Of a stretch of DNA of 64,000 nucleotides, positions 51,139 through 61,765 are shown one piece after another (position 1 is the stretch's first letter; each line of letters begins with the position of its first letter). The notes under the pieces are model-generated. The model ran no database searches, was not told the origin of the DNA, and was given only the letters and a program-made list of their open reading frames with translations. The position numbers were made by a program, and so were the translations under genes. This DNA comes from Podarcis liolepis (lineage: Eukaryota): assembly GCA_965112155.1 (NCBI GenBank), contig OZ218109.1. One strand, 5' to 3'.

Positions 51139-52698
51139 CTCCAGACCATTGGTTCTTCTTAAAATAATGGCAAGCTTTGCTAGTGCATGACACATCAGCC
51201 GTTCTGAAACTAAGTCGATCTGGATGGGTCAATGCCAAACAGTAGGCTGTCCAAGAATCCCATGCATGTCGCCTTAAGTTCCATGATGTAATAAAAAGTG
51301 ATGTGTGAATATAAAATAAAAGATGCATTGCTCAGGCGAAGGAACTACTGTTTTATCAGATTTTGTCACGGTCTTAAGATTTTGTTAACTTTGAGTCATC
51401 CCTGTCTTTGCAGAGGATGAGCTTTAAAAATTTTTATTCTAAAGAACAGTTCACTTGACCCGTCGTGGATGGTGCAGGTGACCTAGATAATACAGGATGA
51501 ACAATAAAAAAGAAAATAAATTGCTTTGAAACATGTACATTAACTTAAAGTCAGGTTGACTATGACACACTGCTCACTACGATTTACTTAAGTAACTGAC
51601 CCTTCAGAAAGAAATGTCACAGAAGTGCACATTATTTTATCCTTTGAAGACTCTTAAAATATTAGACTAGCCACATCTAAGTGAGGAAAAATAGTTTTTC
51701 AGCAGCCGTCAAACAAGATTATGGTGCACTAGATAAAAACTGTTATTAACAATAGCTGAACTATTTGAAGGCTCCACAGACCACTCAAGATAACACAATC
51801 CCACCAAAAGTAACAATGATTACAAGGGTAAGAATTCCTTGACATCGGAGGCTTCTGAGCGAAGGGGCATGCAGGCTCCAAGTCCAGCGTTCTCTGAGCA
51901 TCCTTGGACAAGATGACATGAAAATCTGCTAGACATACCTTTACTTCAGGTTAAGAACTGGACATGAGAGAATATCAATTGCATTCCTGCATGTATCTTT
52001 ATTTTACTGAACAGCTGCCACGATGACAAGAACTATACCTCGTACAGTTCATGACATGTTCTCCATATCCATAGATACACAGGGAAAAAATCCTGATTGT
52101 GTGAACTAGCCTTAACTAAATTTTAATTAAGATGATCTTCTATTCTCTCTAATTATTTCATGCAAGCTTCAGGGAACGCTGTAACATTAAACAACCAGCA
52201 GTCATATTGAGTGATGGCAAGAGGGAGATCATTAATATATCATGAAACCACCAGTGGCTTGGCAGAGAAGATGGATCATCGTAGTTAAGGATCTTACGTA
52301 ACCTTTTCCTGTCTGAGATACGCTGAAGCTTTGAAATAGTTTCAACATCTACTTCAGAGGAAACCTGCATGAGGAAGGTTGTTAATTAAAACCCTCTAGT
52401 TAAAAGTGCCACACTGCATATAGATGATCAAGCAAAAAAATTGGTCCAAAGACTCTCTTCAGATCAAAACTGGTAATAGTTTTGCCTGTGAAGCCTGACT
52501 GTGCAGTTGCCACTTGAATGGACAGACTGGAGGCTGAATAAACAGCCACTCTGCTGTAAAGTGCATCTTCTGCAAACTGCCTGTTCTATCATGTGTGTTA
52601 TGGGAAGGAAACCTGGACAAACAAAAGCAGCTGGCTTTCTATGGAGTTTAGTATCTCAAGCTTCATTCTCGACTGGAAAGCCAAAATGCCCCCTAAAG

Positions 52699-53172
52699 TG
52701 TTAAGTTGTGGGTGAACATATCAGACGACACAGCGATTCTTCAAACAGCTCTTGTTTATTCGCAGGCCAGAACAGAACTGAACTGAAGGGTTCAGCCAGC
52801 CTGCTTATATAGAGCTCCACTAGAACGCAACAGTAACCATTTTCTGTAACTATCCAATCACTGAATGTCACTTTCAATTCCTTATTTGCATATGTGGACC
52901 TGAGTGAAAACTATCTACAATATCCCCCTGCTGGCCCAGGGTGAGAACTTCAGTACACAACACCCCTCCCCACCGAGATAAGGCGTTAGTTACAATTGTA
53001 ATGGTTTCCTTATATACAGCACTACATGTAATGGTTCAATTAGGCACAAAAGCATATCGGTTACATTTCACCTACTTCCATTAGACTGACAGTATTTGCA
53101 TATGTGGACCTGAGTGAAAACTATCTACAGTATCCCCCTGCTGGCCCAGGGTGAGAACTTCAGTACATAACA
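52699..53172 (-). mobile_element. Internally deleted LTR retroelement (complete 3' LTR, PPT, short internal piece, first 80 bp of 5' LTR)
   Basis: 80-bp direct repeat 52883-52962 / 53093-53172 with 2 mismatches. PPT ggtggggagggg (52963-52974, minus). TATATAA and AATAAA on the minus strand. TGTT...AACA ends; flanks taaag/aaaag. Confidence 0.8.
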
Positions 53173-55034
53173 AAAAGCTTCCCCTGCTACTTTTATAACA
53201 TCCTAGAATCTCTGCACCACTCAAGCTTCTCTGAATATCAAGGGCCATAAGTTACGCACTGAACTCTTACTCATTGCTGGCTCCTTCCTGGCCATACATA
53301 CATTTTTTTTCACTGCAAAATATATTTGCTAAGTGAAATGTGCACAGTACCAAACTCTAGAGAGAGATTTTATATAGGACTTACATAATCACTAGAGCAA
53401 TGTTTCTCCATCACGGGCGGGGAGGGGTGTATGCAGTTCTCGGGTCTGTGTGTGTCAGCTTCCAAAAAATATGTACTAAATATGTATATATATATAAAAG
53501 TTAGAATATTAAAATATAAAAGTATGATGTGTTATGTTGGGAACACGAGAAACGTATATGATCTTCATGTCATCACAGGTGCACAGAAGTTCAGAATTAT
53601 AATATGAGGGGCATTGCGTACCATGTGCGCAGCAGTTCATCAAACACAGTGAAGTTAATCAATTGCTTATTTATTTGGGCTGTTCATTTCCAGTAATTCT
53701 GAGAACGTCAAACATCACATGTTACTGCTATTACATATCCAATAGTGCTCAGTTTAAGGCAGGGGATTTTTAGTGTGCAGTTGGATGCAAAATGTTCATT
53801 TGGGGGGGCGACACTGTGCATTTGGTGGGGCGGAATTGGAAGAAAACTGGACACACTAGGGGTTTGTCTTTATTAACCACTTAAATGACAATGTCAGGCA
53901 CTACGTAAGCAAATTAGATGAACTCAGTTGCCATTAGGAAACTGCCCAAACAACATTAAAACACCTTGTTCTTTTTTGGCAGAACTTCCTTCATCTTTGG
54001 GCAAGTAACACTTGGTTACATCCTCCTAAACACCTTTAAAATACTCCTGGCTTTGCTCCTTAGGTCTCTCTCACTATTCAGCCACAACCATTGCCTAGAC
54101 AAAAGAACTGGTTTGGCAAGCTTGCTCTCATACTTTCTACCACAACAGATATAGGAACCCAAAAACTGGAAGGGGCTCAGGGCATCATGGAGTCTGACCT
54201 TCCCCAAAACCCACAACATGAATGCTCATTGCTCACTGTAGCATCAACCACTGAAATGTAGGTGTGAACAAACCACCACAGGTTAAACGCTATAGATGAT
54301 GAAAAGAAAAAAGTATACGCTAGTCAATTTTTATTTTTATTTTACTTATCTGCAAGGTTATGAAAAATGGTACCCTACTGCCATCAAAATTCCTTTCAGT
54401 AGAAAGTTGAAAAAGAACTTTTTGTCCAGCCATACCTATTAAGCAAATGATTATAATCCATGTCAGAGGGTGGGTTATGTTCAGTTCTTTTTCTGGGGAG
54501 GAAAGGGGGAGCTGCATAATTGCAAATTTCAGCCATTTATCACCTCTCAAGACCCTACTACTAATTTAGGCAGGTGGTATCCTGTAAAAATGTAAAGTAA
54601 GCCATTACAGTTGAACACCATCTAGAGAACTGCTGTTTGTTAATTAGGTGGCACTTTTAATCAGTGCCCTAAGCTAATACTTACCATACTTAGGCTTGCC
54701 ATAGCACTTTGTCTTCGAAACACTTAACAAAATGTTATCACCGCTCCTCTACATACAGGGTAGCTGCTAAACAGTTATACACCAGAGGTGTCGAAGTTAG
54801 GTCAGGTAAGTAGGTCAGGGTCTTCTGATAGATGCCTGGGTGATTTGCAATAGATCAACAAAAGTTTCTGGCTGCTAATTGTTTAGCAACAACATGGCGA
54901 CTTTTCCTACCTAAGGCTGCTAAAATGAAGAAATCTAAAAGGGATGGACTTTTATGTGAAATGATTGTGAGCTCAGTTCAGTTCTGGTCTAGAAAACAAA
55001 TTTCCAGACTCAGAATGTGCTCAGAGGCATCCTG

Positions 55035-55542
55035 TGTCAGGAACGTGCCCCCCCCCCGAGCACAGGATAGGAGTCAGACTCAAAAATTGAGCGAAGTGAA
55101 TGAGGGACTGACTCTGCAAATGATAGCTGGCTGACAGAGTCAAGAAAGGGCAGCTCAACCCCCTTCCCGGGGAAGACTCTGTTAGCTCTCAAGAAGAAGA
55201 AGAGTTGGAAGGCAGCCAGAGCATTGCTAGGCAATCAGCAGATAAGCAGAGGTCTGAGACTGTGTCAAATAGAAGTGGGAAGGGTGGAGGCCAGCCTCTC
55301 AGTCCCTGTTCTAGGAGACTGGATAAGATCAGAGGGCAATGGAAGGGCAAGAGGGGAAAGGCGGGAGTTTGGCGTCCTTCCTAATGTGGGAGGGACGAAG
55401 ATTCAGACTGACCAACTATCATCAGTGCGAGCAGGCGAGAAGCCGTGCTCTGGATGTGTTTTTCTATAAATAAACGTACATAAAACTGCCGGAGAGTCCT
55501 TAATTCTTATCGGGGCTTGCTTGCCTGCCAGAGATCATTACA
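55035..55542 (+). mobile_element. Solo LTR, antisense to PTPRN2, about 230 bp from exon 5
   Basis: tgtca...ttaca termini, flanks tcctg/gcctg, AATAAA near 55469. Confidence 0.68.
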
Positions 55543-55774
55543 GCCTGTTCTTTAATTAATTATAACCAGCAGTGGTCAGTCTGGTGGAGCAGAGCAATCA
55601 CAGAAGGAGAATCAGTAACACTGTTTTGCATTAACCATTGGCCAGAAAACTAATGACTGCTGTGAGATTGCCTCCTAGGAAGAATATCACAAAAATGGCA
55701 AAGTCTAACAGCAAAGAAAAAGAAAAAGAAATATTTGAAGGAAGAACAGGAGGAAACAACAACAACCACCGTAC

Positions 55775-55937
55775 CTTAAGAGAGGCTTTGTTGCCCCTTA
55801 TCTTTGAATATAAATTTGGAATTGCAGACTTGGAGAGAATGTCCAAATAGGCAAGGTATTGCTGAGGAGACTTGGCAAAGTTCACATCCTTTTCCAGACC
55901 TAAATTCCTGTTGCTTTCAGCTTTCTGCTTTGTGGAC
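55775..55937 (-). CDS. PTPRN2: PTPRN2 coding exon (exon 5 equivalent): (R)STKQKAESNRNLGLEKDVNFAKSPQQYLAYLDILSKSAIPNLYSKIRGNKASLK
   Basis: Acceptor ttcaacttgcag, donor gtacgg. 163 nt, phase 2 to 0. Lies within ORF 55631..55981 and resembles human LANALRRHLPFLEALSQ. Confidence 0.88.
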
Positions 55938-56352
55938 CTGCAAGTTGAAATAAAGTTAAGCAACGTTACATTATAAAACATGCAATGGACTCAGAAATTA
56001 ACCAACACCTTTGAATATTGAGTATATAGTCCCCAGCAACATATAACTAATACTTTTGAGAGGTGAAATACACTAGAATATTTTGAAATAACAATGTTTC
56101 AGTAAAAAGACACAAGCTCAATAAGATATATTCAGAAATGGTTAATAATTGGGTCCCTCTGCTGACAGAAAGCTCTTTGATCCAACAGAGATTTCCATGA
56201 ACTGAAAGGAGAGCGTGATTTTCACGCTCCTCCAATCTGTTGCACCTCCCTCCATGCTGTTACAAGGGGTCCCCAACCCCCTTGAACAGATCTGGGAGGG
56301 GCACAGGGGCAGCCGAAGGAAAGTGGAATCAGCAAAAACTCCCTCTCTGCCT

Positions 56353-56475
56353 AAATAAAAAAATTCCTTCCAGTAGCACCTTAAAGACCAACTAAGTTAG
56401 TTGCTTTAAGGTGCTACTGGAAGGAATTTTTTTATTTTGACTATGGCAGACCAACACGGCTACCTATCTGTAACT
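56353..56475. mobile_element. Penelope-like element terminus with inverted repeat
   Basis: 34-bp perfect inverted repeat (56353-56386 / 56404-56437) followed by ggcagaccaacacggctacc, a terminus I recognise from reptile Penelope-like repeats. Confidence 0.65.
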
Positions 56476-56649
56476 GTCCCTCTCTGCCTGTTCGCTAACA
56501 GAAGCTTCCACTGGATCAAAGGGCTGTGGAAGACCAAAACAAGCCCGTTGTTTTTATTTTTACTTAGTATTGGTATGGATGCCTGGGATGGAGGGATGCA
56601 ACTATCTGGAGCATTACAAAATTCCTGGTGGGAATTTGGCCTGGCCACC

Positions 56650-56745
56650 AAATTCTGCACCAGTTGAAGTTTCCAAACCATCTTCAGAGGCAACCCCACA
56701 TATAATGCATTGCAGTAATCTAACCTAGAGGTTACCAGATCATAG
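56650..56745 (-). mobile_element. Old L2 ORF2 fragment
   Basis: LVTSRLDYCNALYVGLPLK..KLQLVQN in ORF 56460..56786. Confidence 0.8.
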
Positions 56746-57223
56746 ATGACAGATAAAGTGAAAATGTGTACATTTATCCTGATCAAGTGTCACTTCCATT
56801 CAATCTTCTGTTGATCCCAATATGATTACATCTCTTTTGCCCCATGATTGACAGGTTTCCCTTAATCAGCAACTAACTGAACAAGAGGGTCTTGACTTTC
56901 CAGAAAGAATTAAGAACAGGTTGAGCTAGAAGTGTTTCCATCACTTTTAATAGTAAGGCTTTGGGCCAAGTATAGGTTCTCTTTGGTCATAATAACCATT
57001 AACTTACCTTGTACAATGAAGAGAATAGGGGTGGGGAATAAAAGGTCTTGCCTATTTATAGATGCTGCCAAATAAAATCATATTTTGAAGGAATGTGCCA
57101 TTCATGTGACTGTGATGTCATACGTTTAATAAATAACCCTGAATTGGAGGTGAAATCAAAAGCAACAACATCACATGAACCTGACTTTTACATGTCAGTT
57201 TCTCTGAGATAGCAATGAACATA

Positions 57224-57388
57224 CTGTATTTTTCCGTGTATAAGACTATATTTTTTCCTAATTTTTTGAAGTTTAAAATAAGAGGTCGTCTTATACATGG
57301 ATAGTACATAGTGCATTTTCTTAATTTTGGGTTAAAAAAATAGGGGTCGTCTTATACATGGGGATGTCTTATTGACACAAAAATACGG
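57224..57388. mobile_element. Tc2/pogo-like MITE
   Basis: ta|c(t/c)gtatttt...aaaatacgg|ta ends; internal gtcgtcttatacatg repeated twice. Confidence 0.72.
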
Positions 57389-57429
57389 TAATTTTCTTGA
57401 ACCAGTTGCTTACGTATAGCATGAAGCTT

Positions 57430-57700
57430 CTTTCCAGACCTGAGCAATCACTAATGGAGCAGCTACTAGATCTACAATTAACTGTTTACATATAAGATCT
57501 GCCCTACCTTTATCAATAGCAGACAAAATACATAGTGAAGGATCCAGGATCACATTTTCACCTGTAAGTGTACAGATTTCTGTATTCACTTGTTTCCAAA
57601 ATTCATGAACTTTGGTGCAACTCCACCACATGTGCCAATAAGATCTCCGCTTCCTACTGCCCCGCCAGTACAAGGGAGATCCTGAACTTGTAATGTGAGC
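57430..57700 (-). mobile_element. L1-like ORF2 C-terminal fragment
   Basis: HMWWSC.KV.EFW..V..EI and IAQVWK motifs in ORF 57410..57781. Confidence 0.65.
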
Positions 57701-57800
57701 CAAACATACCAGTTGTTTAAATAAATAAATAAATAAGATTTTCATCTCCCATAATCGAGAACATAAGACATTATGATACATAAAATGCCTGGGTATTTAC

Positions 57801-57918
57801 CTCTGTGCATCAGGCTCTTCTGATGAGAATGCCTCAGGGTGCCAATCATGAATCTTATGGAGATATGAGACTTCACGGGCAATAACATGCTGTGTATAAT
57901 CATCTTGCCAGGTAAAAC
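57801..57918 (-). CDS. PTPRN2: PTPRN2 coding exon (exon 4 equivalent), RESP18-homology region: (G)FTWQDDYTQHVIAREVSYLHKIHDWHPEAFSSEEPDAQ(R)
   Basis: Not in the ORF track; read by hand. Acceptor ttttccag, donor gtaaat. 118 nt, phase 1 to 2. Contains the hallmark GFTWQDDYTQ. Confidence 0.95.
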
Positions 57919-58764
57919 CTGGAAAACAGTTGTGCAAAATACAGTTTTAGAAACTCAGTACTTTGACAGAGCAAAAACAAAACAAAACGGGACATCTCAA
58001 TCTTGTGTTACGAAAGCAATTATAATGAACAGAAATTTCAACTTCTGCAAGATTTTAAACAAACTTTCTACTTGTTACAGCTGCAGATTTCCTTCCCCTG
58101 CAAAAATCACTGTGGTAATCAGACCTTTCTCGTGAAATACTGAAGCCTTTTAAAATGCTTTCTTCTAAGAAGACGGTGGGTGTTACGATGAGATTTAAAA
58201 GGGAGATTAGTCTTAGAATTTTAGTGTTTCTTAGTCACTATGGACCTATACACCAGCTTTACTGTATAAACAGTATTTACTGCTTTGTTACAAAGAAGAG
58301 GTGTTTGACAATAAGTGAGTCAAAAATACAAGTCATGCCAAGTTTCAAAACTAAATTGTAGCATATAATGGAAAGTGGCTTTTCAAGGAGGACTGCTATC
58401 TCACCAATCTCACAATATATTTTCCATAAACCTTTCCTGTGACCTGCTCAGGAAAAGGTAGGCACACCCAGGTATGAATAACACTGATCTAGCGCTAACT
58501 ATTCTAATGGACAGTGGAATATTATATATGAAGACCAATTCATGTTTTATTTACACTCAACTGTTGCAACAGAGACCTTTAAACAAGGGCAAGGTGTCAC
58601 GGTAAAAGCAAATTCCATGCAATTATGCATTAATTACATGCACTACTGATCACACAATAATTATACAACTCCAAGAATAATTGTTAGATTTGTAAATGTT
58701 ATGATTAACACTTTTAATTTATGTAGGCTTACCACCTGGAGTTATATGTAATTATTCAGTATCT

Positions 58765-58802
58765 GAGCCCGGTTCTGGCTGGGGAGGGCGGGGTATAAAT
58801 AA

Positions 58803-58857
<55 letters not shown>
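58765..58857 (+). repeat. L2 3' tip plus (TTA)n microsatellite
   Basis: ggctggggagggcggggtataaataaa as at about 21895, followed by about 18 TTA units. Confidence 0.8.
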
Positions 58858-58860
<3 letters not shown>

Positions 58861-59120
58861 CCATCATCATCAACGTATCGCATCCTGGCAATTATTGACA
58901 TTTAGCTTCCCCAACCTAAGTCCACCTACTGAAATACTATCCACTAATACAGATATTGTTGAGTTGTGAACACATCTGTGATAACAATTATTACTGTATT
59001 AAAACTCCCACCAATCACTTTTAATTGAACTTCAGGTGCATCTCAAATCACTTGGGAATGCATCCTATTCATTGGAACATGTTTCCATTTGATCAAAAGA
59101 CAATTCTACATGTGCTAGAC

Positions 59121-59377
59121 CAGGGGTCAGCAACCTTTTTCAGCCGTGGGCCAGTCCACCGTCCCTCAGACCATGTCATGGGCTGGAATATATTTTTTTT
59201 GGGGGGGGGGGAGAATGAACAAATTCCTTTGCCCCACAAATAACCCAGAAATGCATTTTAAATAAAAGCACACATTCTACTCATGTAAAAACACGCTGAT
59301 TCCCGGACCGTCTGCGGGCTGGAGTGAGAAGGCAATTGGGCCGCATCCGGCCCACGGGCCTTAGGTTGCCTACCCCG
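59121..59377. mobile_element. hAT-Charlie-like MITE, complete
   Basis: TIRs caggggtcagcaacct / aggttgcctacccc(t)g; perfect 8-bp TSD tgctagac. Confidence 0.88.
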
Positions 59378-59530
59378 TGCTAGACCATAACATGGCAATT
59401 TCATAGCGTAAGGCGCATGTGCAGAAATTCAGGCAATAAACAAGCACTAAAATCAATGGAGGTCTATTTCAGGGGCATAAGTTTGTTCTAAAACCATAAT
59501 GAATGCACCCAAATTCATTCAACATCAAAA

Positions 59531-59730
59531 TTGTTGTTGTTGTTGTTGTTGTTGTTGTTATACCCCACCCATCTGGCTGGGTTTTCCCAGCCACTCTGGG
59601 CAGCTTACAGCACATAAATAATTGTAAAACATTAGACATTAAAAATTTCCTGATACAGGGATGCCTTCAGATGTCTTCTAAAAGTCAGATAGTTGTTTAT
59701 TTCCTTGACATCTGATGTCAGGGCATTCCA
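59531..59730 (-). mobile_element. L2 LINE 3' end with (CAA)n tail
   Basis: ccatctggctgggttttcccagccactctggg...ttgacatctgatg shared with other L2 ends. Confidence 0.83.
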
Positions 59731-61662
59731 TGTTCATATTCAAAATGAATATGAAAAATAAATTTTCATTTCCAAATTAGTTTTACATTGGAATCATTGC
59801 CTCAGATTTTGGGTCTGTGAGTCTAGGAGTCTTTGTCCAATGGCAAATCTGATATTCTGGAGAAAGGAGGTGGTAAAATGCCTGAGATTTCAATGCCACG
59901 AGATGGAAAACACAAAATGTACAAGCAGGAGAAGGGTAGCAAAAGACAGGTTGGATCTCCATTAAAATAAAAAGGAAGAGGAAAAAGAAAGATAAAATGA
60001 AAATGAGTACAATTAAAATAAAGGAAAATTAATGTGATTATGTTTTAAAACATAAACTGAAATGAATGTGGTTTTTAAAGAAAGCAAATTGAAAAATCAG
60101 ACACCTTTAATTTATTTTCTAGAAAATGTGTTTCAGATTAAAGGTTTAATCCATAACTCCTTTTAAAATGCTGTGTTTGGGGATAAGTCACTGGGAGCAT
60201 ATTGGAACGGCTTTTGGAGCTACAGTATCTTTAACATTGTTATCTCCAGGATTAATATTTAATATTTGAAAATGCTATAATATTTTTTCTTCAGGTTCTT
60301 TTTTATCCTGCTCTTCCTTTGAAGAGGTGAGTTTTGTGCATATTTGTTAATATTTTAACAGTTCTAAGAGGTAGGTTAGGCAGGGAGACGGTGCCTCATC
60401 CATAGCTTTCTGGTTAAAACAATGATCTGGTGCAGGCCTTCCTAGCAATCCATCACTATGCCAGACTGGCTGGCCTCTGGCATTAAGCTGCTCACCCCAA
60501 TCCAAAACATCTACAGGAGTCAAAAATCTACATAAAAGTATTTCAAGATTTTTAAAAGTGCACATCTGTATTGCAGCTGTCGGTTCAGGAAAAAACCAGA
60601 ATATATTTTTGCTTCTGCAAGTCTTTCCAGCTGGATGAAAAGCTGTTCATGTCAAAACTTTTGGACTATTTTTAGCTGCTTTTACGATAACGTTTGCAAT
60701 TCGCCTCGAAACAGGTGCAAAAGGTGATTCATAAATTAACAAGTGATAATAATTTTACTTGCCACACATCAGGTTATTACTTTTTAAAATGATTACTTTT
60801 ATGCTGATTTATAAACTTGCTTCTAAGCGCACTGGTTCTTTATAGCCTACTATTCAACACGTTACATGGGGAAAGTGTCACTAAAAATATAACTAGTATT
60901 GCCTAAAACAATCAACTGCATCCTTTCACTGTTTTATTTTGGAAAGGGGGGGGAATCTCACCCACACGGCCCGCAATAAAACAGCTCACACAACAGCACT
61001 AATACCAAGCTGACAATTGCAATCAAAATTAAGACTGAGCAACAGCAAATGACGCTACTAGGCAATTTCCTGTCCCTTTTGTCTACGCAGCCACACCTAC
61101 TGGCTTGCTCCTGGCCCACAACTCAATTATAACAATTTAACACCGATGGCTGAGCAGGATCACAGTCGTTCCGTTGTACACATATTATTTCCATGTCACT
61201 AATGTGGAACTGTATGGTGGGACACACAACTACCAATTATCTATCCCTGCTGGAGCTCTGCCTACACTGTACATATTTCCAACTGGGAATTCCCACAGAT
61301 GGGCAATGCAGAACCGCATTCTTCCATTGAGGGATCTAGTTAAGACAATGGAGCCGACAAGTTATCACTTGAAGCCAACAAAAATATGAACTGAAATGCT
61401 GCATGATTTAAGTAGCGATGCTCGGGGAAGGAAGACTAGTTTGAGAAAGAGAATGGATTTTGTAAAATTGTTTTTGAGAAGCGCGTGCGTGCATGTGCGA
61501 GCGCGAGCGCGCACACACAGAGAAATTAAGTATGAATTCTGCAAGCACCTTGGCATGCCCAGCAACTACGCATAATTTCTCTCCCTCTCCCTCCAAATCC
61601 AAGCCTGAAGCAAACATGGAAAGAGAAAATTGTATTACTGTAGTCCAACATTTCTCCCTGTA

Positions 61663-61765
61663 CAGTGGTACCTCTGTTTACGAAGGCTTCTGGTTATGAA
61701 CGCTTCAGGTTACGAGTGCCGCTAACCCGGAAGTAGCTTCTCCTGGTTGCGAACTTTGCACCAAG
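61663..61765. mobile_element. Truncated Tigger-like MITE (left end only)
   Basis: ta|cagtggtacctc TIR with ggttacga repeats; no right TIR found. Confidence 0.6.

Noticed and set aside
55631-55774. Hydrophobic, TM-like read-through after exon 5
   Set aside because: Explained by T-rich low-complexity intron sequence; no evidence for an alternative terminal exon.
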